Source: Malacoraja senta (taxonomy: Eukaryota). From it: a DNA stretch of 64,000 nucleotides. Below the pieces are notes generated by a model. That model was not told the origin of the DNA. It saw only the letters and a program-made list of their open reading frames with translations, and did not search any database. The position numbers were made by a program, and so were the translations under genes. This document shows, one piece after another, positions 11,142-23,835 of this stretch. Location: positions 21,266,001 through 21,330,000 of the forward strand of contig CM075987.1 of NCBI GenBank assembly GCA_038087875.1, in the 5' to 3' direction. How positions within the stretch are numbered: position 1 is the stretch's first letter; every line of letters starts with the position of its first letter.

Positions 11142-12227
11142 TCTATCTCTATATAACTAAAAGTCTTCATTTTGTTTGTGCCCACGATGTGTCAATCTAC
11201 TTTTCCTATCTTCTACCAAACGCTAGGCCACAGCCATCCCATTTTCACATATCCTACTCACATTTTCCCCGTCGAGGCGATAAACATCTTCCTGTCGCAT
11301 TCCCACCTATATTACAGAAGTTGTTAATCCTTTAAATTTTAAAAACAGCCCCAAAAACACACCCATTTTGAAATAAAAACCTGAGTGACGTCACAATGCA
11401 CTCGCAAGGCAGGCGGGACACTCCGGAAGGGAGGGGCACTCCAGCGCTCGCCGTGAACAAGGAGTGGCGGTGGCTGCTGCCGCACGCCTGGAGCTGGAGT
11501 GAGGACCAAGCCCGGGGCTTGGCATGGAGTCGTGACCGGGGCCGAGAAAGAAGCTGCCGCTGGAACCAAGGACGAGCCTGAGTCCGAGGTCAGGGACGAG
11601 CCCGGAGATAAAGTCGGGGCCTGCACTGGAGCCCAGGCGGCAGCCGAGCTGACGGCTAGAGTCTACAGCCAGGGCCGGGCTGAGTACGAGAACCAGGCCC
11701 TGGCGCTGCTCTACAACCTCGGTTGATCCTAGGGAATGGGATGAGGGAAATGAGGAGGAGGGCGATGGGATGTGGGGTGGTAGAGGGAGATTGGGGGGGT
11801 GGCAGAGGGAGATTGGGGGGGGGGAGGGGGGAGATGGGGGTGGAGGAGGGAGATGCCCCTCCCTATCTACCCTCACTCCCACCCTCTATCCCCCACCCTC
11901 TCTACCCCCTCCCTCCCCCACTCTACTCCCTCCCTCTCTCTCTACCCCCCTCTCTCTCCCTCTACCCCCCCTCCCCCTCTCTCTACCCCCATCTCCCTCT
12001 CTCTCTCTACCCCCCTCTCCCTCTTTAACACCCCTCCATCTCTGCCACCCCTCCCTCTAGGGATTGAAGAGGTGAGGGTGAAGAGGAGGAGGGAGTGCTG
12101 GGGGATGAGGAGAAATGAGCCGCGCCTGCGCAGTTGGGGGCTCTGCGTGAGTGGTGCAATTATGCGCTGGGGGAACGGGTGAATGGTGGAATCTTGCGTT
12201 GGGGAGACGGGTCTGCACTTGGTCTAG
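11142..12227 (+). mobile_element. Non-autonomous Helitron
   Basis: Starts TCTATCTCTATATAACTAAAA and ends GGGTCTGCACTTGGTCTAG; inserted between A and T with no TSD. Removing it restores a CR1 tail (GATACAA|TAACATTTAAAAGAC). Confidence 0.8.
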
Positions 12228-13104
12228 TAACATTTAAAAGACAATTGGATGGGTACATGGATAAGACAGGTTTAAAGGGATGTGGGCCAAAGACAAGCAA
12301 ATGGGATTAGTTTAGATGGGGCACCTTGATTGGCATGGATGTGTTGCGATGAAGGGCCAGTTTACGTACTGTATGACTTTACATCATGTGAGATTGTGGA
12401 TCTGTGAACAGAAGCCTCTGTTGCCAATTTTTAAGCCTTAAATGATCTTGTTAACATTTTGCCGATTAGGAGTGGCAGCACTGTTGGATCATAACGGCTG
12501 TGGTGGGGTGTATCACAGAAACTTGCTGAAAGAAAACGTGGCTGGGGAGGTTGAATGAGATTTCTGGCTGTCAAGCATCTTGAAAGCTTCTCAGGCATGG
12601 TTGGTTTGCATTTCATTGACTCTCAGGTGTAAATGAATGCACCAAAAATACAGGACTTTTTCTTGTACCAACAATCGATGATTTTTGTGATTACTATTTA
12701 ATTCCCTGTACATTTTAGTTTTAGGACTGTCTTTTAACAGATTAAAGGATAGTTTTATGAATTGCTGGATGTTAAGGTTCCCCTATTGGATAAGCAATTG
12801 CTGTGGTCTTAAAATCTATTGCCTCCAAATGACATTCCCTTCAGTTTTCATTCTTGTATTAAAGTGCCTAGTCTGTTTTCTTACTTTATGATTCATGCAA
12901 AGGTTTTTAACGTTTTGTTTGCATATATGATATTTCCAAAGTACTCCTTGATAGGTTAAAGAAAAGGTGAACATTGACCATTCACAACATTGACCATTGA
13001 CAATAGCTGGCCAATAGAGTATTGGAAATGCAAGAAAAGCGTGGGTTAGTTTATACGCACCAAATTTCCAGAAGCATCAATTTTACTGTTGACCTGATAA
13101 TCTA

Positions 13105-13230
13105 TTTCAGTGTTGATAGATTAAGGTTGACCAGAAGCTTTGGAGCACATCACTCTCTCTAAAAATAGTAACACAGGATATTTTGAATTTTAACGTCTCA
13201 TCCAAAAGCTGACATCCCGAAGAGCAAAAT
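13105..13230 (+). mobile_element. Ancient Deu-SINE (SacSINE1/AmnSINE-like) relic
   Basis: AAAATAGTAACACAGGATATTTT...TTTAACGTCTCATCCAAAAGCTGACATCCCG resembles the Deu domain as recalled. Confidence 0.45.
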
Positions 13231-14187
13231 TATTTGCCAGTGCCCACGTGGCATGATGTTCTTGTGACTGTGGGTGGGATTTCAAACTACTGCAAAATAA
13301 ATTATACTTAAGAGTACTACCCATGAAGTCACAGTACATTTTATAACACCCAATTCTAGTCAAAATGATAGCAAGTGATACAATTAGAATCGCAAGGCAC
13401 AGAAATGCAAATTGCAAAGTGTAAAACAATTCTGATTATGGCCTCATAACTGTTAGGGAATGAATTGCTATACCTGTGTCCCATATTGGGGGTCAGGGAT
13501 TTGACTAATAATGGCACCAATAATAAATTAAAAGCTATTAATTCAAAGCTTACAATGATATGTTTCAACAGTTTAATGCACTAGCTCTAAGAAGCAGTGC
13601 TTTAAGCCTTCGGAATGGATGACTCTGAGGTTTTGTTAATCTGATAATAGGTAAATCTAAATAGGAAATCTGATGTTGAAGGGTGGATTTGCGAAGATAC
13701 TTTTTGTCGCAGTGTTTTCAATAGTTGAATGATGTGGGAACATTTCCATTTCAGGAAATACATTTGACCCATAAAAATGTTGACTTTTGCACTTAATGAA
13801 CCAAAAAAATGATTCTGACAACTTCACATGTGCACATGCCTGGCTTGATTTATACCAGTCGTGCTGTCAGGCTGTAATAGGAACTTACAGTGCAATGATC
13901 ATTTAAATGAATGTTTTAACAAGGGAAAATCCACAATAAAAGAAAAAGGGAAAAATGTCCCAATAGAGAATTGGAATTACAGATCAGGTATCAATTAGTA
14001 TATCGACAGATGGTTGTGTAACACAATCCTTCAATGAATTGCCTCCGCTCATTAAGAATTAAAATTGCTGATGTCACTTATTGTGTATCAGAAAACTATG
14101 ATCTATTATATTTTGACTTTAATCCACAAATAATTGTGCCTGTTGGGAAAATATTTGTTTTTTATATGTAGATAATTTTCTTTGTAG

Positions 14188-14366
14188 GGCTATGCAGCAA
14201 CAGGCACAAACGTTTCATCCTCGCCATCCTCTCCAACAGCCACGGCACCAACTTCAGCGGCAGCAGAAGCAAATGCCTCAGCTAAACTTGCATCCGGCCA
14301 GTCAAACTTCAATCCTTAATTCTAATCCTATGCTACAGCGTACCCTGATAATGCAGCAGATGTCAG
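14188..14366 (+). CDS. CIZ1: CIZ1 coding exon 2
   Basis: TTTGTAG| acceptor; ...QLNLHPASQTSILNSNPMLQRTLIMQQMSG resembles human LLNLQG..SLLNGSMLQRALLLQQLQG; phases 2 and 1. Confidence 0.9.
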
Positions 14367-14711
14367 GTGGGATCATACTGTTGAAAGTTATTAGCAAGAA
14401 TACAATGACTGAGACTATAGATTAAATTGCTATTTTAATATTGTTGTAACTTATGAAATGTTCACCTCTTGGTAAAATGTTGAACTTTTTCTAAGGTTTA
14501 CTGGTGATATTTTAATTGAGAAAATGAAATCATTTAAAATAGTTTGGATAATGAGTGCAGACATCCTTTAATAAGTTTGATAGCATTTTGTCAACATTGT
14601 GTGAGTCTGCGGTATAATTCTTTGTGGCTGAATTGATAACATGAATTAAAAATACATTCTGTTCCAATAAAATACACACTGATGGAGTTCAGTAACTTTT
14701 CCTGAGCATTA

Positions 14712-15176
14712 AGGGGCTCTCCCACTTGGGCGACCTAATTGGCGAGTTTAGGAGAGTTTGAAAAAATGTCATGTTGAAGATCTCCTTCGACTGTGTTGAA
14801 GACTAGCTTCGACTAGCTATGACTAACTTCGGGAAAATTGGACACCAAATAGTGGAGAGTGAAGACGACCTCCCTTCGACTATGATGAAGACTATCTACG
14901 ACTACCCTCGATTACCTACGCCTAACATGCCGGCCTACTACGACCTACTACGACTAAACCTACGAGTAAAAAATGTATCGATTTTTTCCATGGTGACCTT
15001 TTTTTACTCGCGGGCATTTTTCAACATGTTGAAAAATACGCCGCGACCTAGCTGAGGCCTCAAGTACACAGGGACTACTCTCGAGCATGAAGGAGAGTTA
15101 CAAAGACCTCCTACGACCTCATGTCGACCATGCTGCAAGTTTGAGTCGAGGGCAAACTCGCCAGAACAAAGCCCCT
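14712..15176. mobile_element. PIF/Harbinger-type MITE
   Basis: Termini AGGGGCT...AGCCCCT, TTA target duplication on both sides, internal CGACTA/CGACC repeats and palindrome TTTTTCAACATGTTGAAAAA. Confidence 0.7.
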
Positions 15177-15609
15177 TTAGCTTATCTAAACAAAAGGTGT
15201 ATTTGGTAGCTATAGCGATGAAAGTAATTGATTATTTGCCAAATGAACTAAGTTTAAATCTTAGCTACAGTAATTGGATTTTAGATTTAATCTTTTGTGG
15301 TTTGGCAATTCTCAACTTTTGTGTGCAACATTGAAGTATTCTTGCAGCTATCTATAATTTTATAATTACAACAAATTTGTTTTTAATGTATGTAATCATA
15401 TTGAACTGTGCCTTGTAAATAATTCTGACGATTACTCTAGGTCAATTTAGATTTAACAGCATTTTCATTTCTTTTACCTACTATATATGAATGAACATGA
15501 ACCTTCTAACTTTAATTAGGTTCTGTAGGAAAGTGATCCTGTTAGATCCTGAAATATACTTGTTTTGAATTTGCAGCTACTTTATCCCTTCACATCACTA
15601 GAGATGTCA

Positions 15610-15880
15610 CTCAGAATGAAAGGACGTTATTTTAGGAAGGAGATGAGGAGGAATTTCTTTAGTCAGAGGGTGATGAATCTGTGGAATACTTTGCCACGGC
15701 TGGATTTGTGGCGGCCAAGACTGGATTTTTTACGGCAGAGATAGATAAATTCTTGATTAGTGCGTGTCAGAGGTTATGGGGAGAAGGCAGAAGAATGGGG
15801 TTCGGAGGAAGAGATAGATCAGCCATGATTGAATGGCGAAGTAGACTTGATGGGCCGAATGCCTAATTCTACTCCGATCC
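15610..15880 (+). mobile_element. CR1 LINE 3' end fragment
   Basis: GAGATGAGGAGGAATTTCTTTAGTCAGAGGG...GATCAGCCATGATTGAATGGCG. Confidence 0.75.
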
Positions 15881-16220
15881 TTTAGGACATTACTTAACAT
15901 AGCTTAACATCCTCTCCAGATTGTCATGGTCAGGGAAAATATGCGACATTCTCGTTTAATTGTGATTTTTTTTTTTGGTATTGTATTTGTAGTGTGATGT
16001 CTGATTTATGATGGACTGCTGAAAGCTTTCAGAGATGGTGATGATTTGCCTTGTGTACGTAACTTTATAATGGGGATTATCTAAATTGGACAATCCAATG
16101 GGGAAAAAATTCTCGGTGAAACAGTTCTAAATACTGAAAGTAAACAATGTTTTGCGGTGACTCCATATTGCCAACACATCGTATTTTCTAAATGTCTGAT
16201 TCTCACGTCCAATTTTATAG

Positions 16221-16387
16221 GTGGTCTTCCTGGATACAGCATGCCTACACCAGGCCTACAGCCCTTCTTCCCACCAGGAGCCAGAGCATCAATTCTTGGC
16301 ACCCCTCCCGTTGGCATCCAACTACAGACTCCTCGCATCAGATTTGGGAGCAATCCCTTCCATCCGCATCTTCGCGGATTCAATAAA
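16221..16387 (+). CDS. CIZ1: CIZ1 coding exon 3
   Basis: TTTTATAG| acceptor; GLPGYSMPTPGLQPFFPPGARASILGTPPVGIQLQTPR...FNK; donor |GTAAGG; phases 1 and 0. Confidence 0.88.
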
Positions 16388-18039
16388 GTAAGGGGAAACC
16401 TCATTATAACTGAGTGAATCGTTTTTTATGAAACAATTGATGCAAGCGGATGTGTTTAAATATTATGTAAATCCAGGCAAATCGTAATAGTAGTGTCTGG
16501 TTTTCAATTGCATAGGTGAAATATTCAATCAAATGTTTTTTTTAAACGTATTTGGATATTTTTTGACTAAAAAGAGTACTCCACAGCTAGGTTAATGTGA
16601 GCCACTAGAATGCATTCAGTTAAAAGTAGTTAGTGTGAGGAATGAACTAAAATAAAGAAACATAAACTGTAGTTCCATTTCAATGACTTGCCTGGTAATC
16701 CCAGATGATACTGGATTCTCTAAAATGAAGGCCTGGATGAAAGACTATTGGGCTCTCCTGCTTCCATATGGTGGAGGATCTCTGTGACAATGGTTTCCAA
16801 ACATGCCTTGGTTTTAACCAGTTAACAGCGCAAAGGTAATGTTCACAGAGAATGCCCTCACCTAGAATCCTCCGCAAATACTTAATTGCATCTTCAATGT
16901 ACTGGATCTAAATCCTGGATCTGTGTATTTTACAATATTGTGAGAGTCCATATGAACTACCACGGTTATGAAAGGAGGTTAGCCATCTACTCCTCAAGGG
17001 GACAAATATACTTTGAAGCCGTATCATTGTTTTTCAATGAGCATGAAATATAAACTGAAAATACTGGAAAAAAATCCGCAGATCCGGCAGTGCTTGTGGA
17101 AAGAGACACAGTTCGTGTTTCAGATTGAAGACCCATTCAACAGAACTGAGAAAGGGGGAAAATAAGTTAGTCAAAGTAGCAGAAAAGGTGGGGAAGAACA
17201 AATGGAATGTCTATAACAGGGTGAAATGAGGGTGGTTTATGGCGATTTTTGTTGTTTTTTAAAAAGCACAGTAATCTGACAAAATAATGATTGTATACTC
17301 GATTAAAATAAAAGAAAAAATTGTTCACAGAGTTTCTGCTGCTTGTGAGTCCTTAGTTTTTGCATTATGGCAGAATATTTTGTGACTCTTCTCAGTTAGA
17401 ATTTATTTTGAAGCATTAATTGGACAGAGGGCAGAAAATGTGGCTGGGGTTGGCTCAATTGGACGGAATTTACATCAAGACCACAGTTAACAGTAGTTTA
17501 CACACGGCACAATTCAGAACATTATACAAATTTCATACATTCAGAACAAAGAGACACGGTCAGAAATTTTGTTCACATAATTGCTATCAACTGGTAATGA
17601 AAAGTAAAATCAACTGCAGTGCTAAAAATATGAGTTGAAAATATATGAAGGAAACTCATTGATGTAAAATCACTCTAGCTCTCCACAATCACTTTTGCTC
17701 TCCCCAGAAGCTATCTGATTTGAATATTTGCAATAATTGGTATTTTTATTGCTATCACTCAGAAATTACTATTATAAGCAACGTCCCAAAGTTAATTGAC
17801 GGCTGTATTGGCCCCGGCGTGTAAGTGAGTGGTAGAATCTGGAATTGATGGGAATGCAGGAAAAGTAAAATAGGATTAGTGTAGGTGGGTGCTAATTGGT
17901 CAGCAGAGGCACGACAGGCCAAAGGTCTATTTTGGTGCTGTGACTATTACAATAACTGAAGAACTATTAGTCATTGAAAGTGTTGCTTTAAAGACAGGGG
18001 TTAATGAATTGGAAACAAAACAACATATTTAGTTTTAAT

Positions 18040-18325
18040 TTTAGAGATACAGTGCGGAAACAGGCCCACCGAGTCCGTACTGACCAGCGCTCTCTGCACA
18101 TTAACACTGCCCTACTAGGGACAATTTTACATTTATACCAAGCCAATAAACCTACAAACCTGTACATCTTTGGAGTGTGGGAGGAAACCGAAGATCTCAG
18201 AGAAAATCCACATGGTCACAGGGAGACTGTACAAACTGCATACGGACAGCATCCGTAGTTGGGATCAAATCTGCGTCTCTGCCGCTGAAAGCGCTGTAAG
18301 GCATCAACTCTACTGCTGTGCCACC
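18040..18325 (-). mobile_element. V-SINE copy
   Basis: V-domain core in reverse complement. Confidence 0.75.
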
Positions 18326-18585
18326 CCATATGTATTCACAATTCACATATGTGTGAATTCACTTAAGAATGTGGATTTTCAGGAAATTGGGTACCTTTTT
18401 AAAAGTTTGTTTTCTTAGTCTGCTTTTCAGGATCAGGTATGTATCATAGATAATGCAGCTAATAATAAATATGTATGTACACCTTCACTACAGCTTCTTG
18501 GATAACGTTCCAATCTGATGCCTAAGCCCATATTTAATGTCTAGTGCGTAATTTCCCACTGAAAGCAAAATGTTCTGACTTGCAG

Positions 18586-18694
18586 GATATTAAGAGAATG
18601 CAAGACATGAGAAGAGATCGTTATTCTCCGAGGGAGCCGTTCAGGGCAAATGCGAATAATAACAAGACAACGCCTGGAGCAAAGGTGACAACAG
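18586..18694 (+). CDS. CIZ1: CIZ1 coding exon 4
   Basis: TTGCAG|GAT; DIKRMQDMRRDRYSPREPF...KVTT; donor G|GTACTG keeps phase with the next exon. Confidence 0.75.
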
Positions 18695-19067
18695 GTACTG
18701 ATTATGCAAAAGAAATTGTGTTAACACAGACATGCCCCGAATCCTTAAAATAAACTGCAGAATAAAAAGGCGAACCAATCATTTTGCTCCTTTCTAACAT
18801 AGATTTTTTAGATTTCAGATGTAGAATGCAATGGATCAGTATTCTTTTTACAATAGATAAACAAAGCATTGTTCACTTGAGGGCATGGCAAGGCAAGTAT
18901 ATGTCATGCAGGAGATTGCATGGCTAGTGAATGGAGTAGGTTTGTAGAAATTGCATCAAGGTGGAATAGAATAGATTGGATGAACCAGCCAGCCAGTTAA
19001 CTTTTATCCTTTGTGTCACATAACACCAATGTTGTGCTAATCTCATATTTATAGAAAGATGCTTTTG

Positions 19068-19355
19068 GGTGGCACTGCGGTAGAGTTGCTACCTTACAGC
19101 ATCAGAGACCCGGGTTCTGACTACGGGTGCTGTCTGTATGGAGTTTGAGCATTCTCCCTGTGATCGCATGGGTTTTCTCAGAGTGTTACAGTTTCCTCTC
19201 ACACTCCAAAGACGTACAGGTTTGTATGTTAATTGGCTTTGGTAACATTGTAAATTGTCCCTCGTGTGTATAGGAGAGTGCTAATGTACGGGGTGATCGC
19301 TGGTCGGCACGGACTCGGTGGGCTGAACGGCATGTTTCCGTACGGTATCTCTAAA
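19068..19355 (+). mobile_element. V-SINE (HE1-like), near full length
   Basis: tRNA-like head (GCGGTAGAGTTGCT...GACCCGGGTTC) plus GGAGTTTG..CATTCTCCCTGTGA..GTTTCCTCTCACACTCCAAAGACG core. Confidence 0.8.
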
Positions 19356-19994
19356 GTGATGTGAAAGAAATGCTGCCTTTACAAATTGATATTTTTTTAA
19401 GTTTTCCTGTTTAATGCGTGAGGATTTGATCATTTATTGGCAGTACAGGTTTGTTCTGAATTGTTAATTAAAAGAATCTGAAGTGCAAGTTGTCATTCTT
19501 CCACTCCTTATTTTTTGGGGTGCTTGCCTCATTTTGGCCTTGTGGTTGTTGCTACTAGCATTGGCAGGAGTGGGATGCCTGGGAACACACTAGCTTTTTC
19601 CTTCTATATCTTTTTCTTATTCCATTCATGCTGCATCCGTCACAAATAAAATAATTTAATAATGTAATGACAGGCTGAAATCAAAGGAAACTTAAGTGTC
19701 AAATTACAGAAGTTATTTTATGTTCTGAACCCACTCCAATACTTGTGCCTAATTGGAACCATATTTGTCATTAAATTGTAATGTTAATTTATGAAGTCTG
19801 AAACCACTTTTGTAAAGTTGCAAGAAATTGATTTGGTAATTTTAAAATGTGTAACCCTCTCCATCAGTATAAAAAAAATATTAAGTTAAGCAACTTGGTA
19901 TGGTGACTTCTATTAGACCAAATTAATCAATGGGAAGGTAAGCATTTTCACTTGCAACTTTGTAAATAGAAATAATTGTATTATTTTGCCTCAG

Positions 19995-20100
19995 GTAATA
20001 AACATGTTGATACAAAGAAGGCAGACGTTTCTCTATCTCTGAAAACTCAGGACTCCATGAAAGCTGATGAACCAGAAGTAAAAAAGAGAAAGCTTGGGAG
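19995..20100 (+). CDS. CIZ1: CIZ1 coding exon 5 (NLS-like EPEVKKRK)
   Basis: TTTTGCCTCAG| acceptor; donor AG|GTACTT; phases 1 and 2. Confidence 0.8.
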
Positions 20101-22886
20101 GTACTTGGGATTTTATTTAAATTGGTTCTCTTTATCCCACCTTCCCCTGGGACAGCGAGTATTCATAGACTTTGTTGTTTTTGATCAGAAATGAGGCTTC
20201 ATCACCCGCTGAAACCTTCATATAATCTTTTGTTACTTTTAATTGAAAATGAAAATTATGAACCCGTTTGACATATTTCCAAGACAAAATGAGATAAATA
20301 ATTTGGAAAAATTAAGGTGTATTTATTTTTAAATTTAAATAGAATAATATGATGAACTATAAACCTTGAAATACTTGGGCTCTTTTGAGGAAATATGTGA
20401 GAGGAAAAAAGACACAATTTTATGTTGTGCAATTCTGACATTCGCATAAAATAGCCATTTGAGTTTCCAGCAAAATTGTGTTTCACTAGACAGCACTTCA
20501 GAATTGCTAAACTTGGAATTGTAATTATCATTCACCATAGATAATGTTGTACAGGTGCATTGTAAATGAGCAAAGAATGAACTCCAAATCTTGAGGGGGT
20601 GGGAGGTGAATAAACCTTTAACCCTGGGGAATAGTTTATACGTCATTGAAGCTGTGCTTTGTTTCTTTAAGATAAATTGTTTATCTCGACGGTCGAGGCT
20701 TTATTTCTACTGAATATCTTTGTGCAAATGTTTTGCACAACACAATAATGTGAGTCAGTTGCATGTTCTTATTTTGAATTTCGAACGCAGCAATTGGCCT
20801 TCCCTGAGGGGATGCCGAAGGTAATTTAGATGAACTTGTTTTAATATTTTTCACTCCAGCTGTTGACTTGGAGTATTAACACCTTGGTCTTTTAAACCAG
20901 TTTGTATGACGCTCTGTGAAGTAAGACTGCAATCGTCTGATAATAATAGTTTAAATAGGTTTTTAAATGGCAAAATTGAGCGTCACCGCTTAAGATTTGC
21001 AGCAGTGACCTTAAATAAGTAAAATGCATGTCTTTAAGAAAATAAAACCTCTTCAGTATTTTAGAATTCAAATAAAATGTTTATTGATGATTTATGGGCA
21101 CCTTTTCTTAGATTTTTAATAAATCTGCCATATAGTTGCATTTAAATCGAATTGCTACTCCGCCCATCCCTAGAAGATCCTGATGGCCCATTCTCAGCTT
21201 CCCTCTGTTGGAGAATAAAAATAAATTTAAAATACCGTAAAACTAAAATTAAAACATCAAGATGAAGAAAAATAACTAAACTACTTACCTGCCCTTAATT
21301 TCTCCCTGGAGTCAAATACCCTACTTAAATTAATGTGGTCAAGCTTTTAATCTTGACCTTCTCTGCTATAAAGCTGAGGAGTAGAATGTAAAGAGCACCT
21401 GGCTCTTTAAATCTGTGCTCCAGTTTATGTACAATTTCTGTGCTTCAACAGTGGGTGAGTAATAGAAGGCTGGCCATTCACTAAAAAATTACTGGATAAA
21501 GTATGATCTAGCCTAGGCTGAGTTGTCTCTGGTCTCAAACCTAGAACAGCACCAGAAGAGGTTTTCCCAGAAGTAATGAAACAGTACAGCACCTGGGACA
21601 ATTATGAGTATGTGGATCTGTTATTAACGTTACAGGGTGGAAATTATAATACTACAAATCCTATTTTTGTTTCTTCTCTTCCTCTCACTTTCTTAAAAGG
21701 GGCTATACATTTTAAGATTTATAGATCATCATATTATTGTATTTGAATTGTTTTCAAAAAGCAATTTCCTATTGTGCCTTTAAATTAGAAATATACCCCA
21801 GTTCTTCACAATTATGCACTTCATTTTGGCTTTGGACATAGAGAATGAGTTTGGAATTTTTTGGCTTATCTGGTTGTAACTAAGAGACAAAATGTGCAAC
21901 AAAAAAAACTCAGTAGGTTTTCCTAAACCACCTCAGTCCCCCTGTCCGTTCCCTTACCGATGTATTTGTCTGCGGCCTCTTCCATTGCCAAATTGAGGTT
22001 ACATACAAACTGCATGAACAGCACTTCATATTCCGCTGGGGTGCCAATTCTCCAATTGCAGGTAAACCACCCTCTTTCTCCTGATCTATGCAGGTTCTCT
22101 CTTTCACATTTTCTTTCCCCTCTTCCTACTCACCCCCCCACCCCATCATTCTGATCTACTCACTGTTGCTCCTTTAGGTTCTACATTTTCACCTTTCCTT
22201 ATCAGATTCCACCATCTGTAGCCCTTTGGGTTCTCCACATCACCTCTCCAACTCATCTGTGAATCAGCCCCGGGATTCACCTTTCTCCCAGCTCTTGTCC
22301 CACCCCTTCCCCTCACCTCTTTCTGCTAGTTATCTCCCCTCTACTCCAGTCTTGAAGGATCCTGACCCCAAACAATGTCTGTCCATTTCCCACCAGAGAT
22401 TATGCCTTGTTTGCTGTGTTCCTCATGTAGTTTGTTTCTTTTGCTCAAGATTCCAGATCTGCAGTGTCTTGTATCCCTAAATAAGATGTGGTTTACTGCC
22501 CAGTTAATCCTTTGGATTTGGTGATACTGATTGAATGAGAATGTTGTCACTAGAAGGATAGTATTCAAGATAATCTTGTGTCCCGTGTATAAATCCATGG
22601 ATAAACAGTTATAGAATAAAACAGCTTGTGAAAATTAGCTCAAAGAATCATCCAGTTATCTCATTTACAATTATCTTGAGGGTTTTGTTCCATTCTTTCA
22701 ACTGGAAAAAGTGCTGTTATTCCCTTTTCCATTAAGCTTTAGCAATTAAAAATTCTGCGCCTAATTCATCGTGGTTGGAAATCTCAATATTTTAAAAAAT
22801 ATTTCCATGAAGCCCTCTGCTACTTATGTCCTGTTACTTTCATTAACTCAGTGGGATTTAACAAAGTCATTTTCTTCTTTCTGCAG

Positions 22887-22960
22887 CCAAAATGAAGATG
22901 ATGTAATTGAACAGTCTAATTCGGGCGAGCCAACCATATCAAAGAGTACAACGAATGAAG
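22887..22960 (+). CDS. CIZ1: CIZ1 coding exon 6
   Basis: Strong acceptor TTTCTTCTTTCTGCAG|; QNEDDVIEQSNSGEPTISKSTTNE; donor G|GTGATT; phases 2 and 1. Confidence 0.78.
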
Positions 22961-23770
22961 GTGATTTAAAGAAAACTACTTTGGGAATCTGTAATAAAAG
23001 TGCAGAAGATACTCTGCTATAACTATCAAAGGCCAACAAATCACCTGCATTTTAACACTTAATTGTAACATCCAGTGCTATTTATCTGTTATAGAGGTGT
23101 GGATGATTGTTTATCACCACCCTAATGTTATTTTCTGACTCCCACACTTCCCAGTGGTTTCCAGCTATGTGAATTTCAAGGAAAACATTGTAAGTGGTTG
23201 TGTTGCTACTTCTTATCCAAACGAATGGATTTTGTCAGTGTCTTAAGGTACATTGTTATAGTTGACTGATGATACAAAGGCTAACACTGGAAATACTGCA
23301 CTAAGGATAACAGCTGAAAATCTGGAAATTGTGATTGAGTAAATATATGATTGGTTGAGCTTTTGCACTTGTATTGTCAGTTGAGGGAGAACTTTGGGAC
23401 AATCACTGCGAGAATAACATTCAAGTTATTCTCAAGTAAATATCTACGGATTAACCGTAATGGAATAAATCAGGTTGTTGAATTTATCACAGAACTTTTA
23501 CATAGTTTGAGTTTTTTTGTACTTTTCTTACCTGGATGAGATTCTGCTGTCCTCTGTAGTGTCCAATTGCAGTAAGAGAACGTGCCAATGTAAACTTTTT
23601 CCAATAGCTTCACGTTTCTTCATAATTAGAAACTTTTTTTTCCAACAGCTATGGTATTTTATATTCTATAGCCTCTTCTTGATCTATCCTGGTAGTGGCA
23701 GCTAGATTCCAGTCTGCCTGTCAGATTGCTTGGAAAAGCAGTTTAGTTTATTTTTTTAATCTATTTACAG

Positions 23771-23835
23771 AAACTGATAAAAATGAAGAGAGTGGAGCTG
23801 GTGAGAATTTAGAACACAATGCAGCGAACACAGAG
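23771..23835 (+). CDS. CIZ1: CIZ1 coding exon 7
   Basis: TTTACAG| acceptor; ETDKNEESGAGENLEHNAANTE; donor |GTAAGA; phases 1 and 0. Confidence 0.78.

Noticed and set aside
11339-12182. Several long Pro/Gly/Ser-rich ORFs
   Set aside because: Products of low-complexity G/C tracts inside a Helitron.
20745-20816. Resemblance to 5.8S rRNA (TAATGTGA..TTGCA..TTCGAACGCA)
   Set aside because: Only short scattered matches, wrong spacing and no rDNA context; an Rfam scan would settle it.
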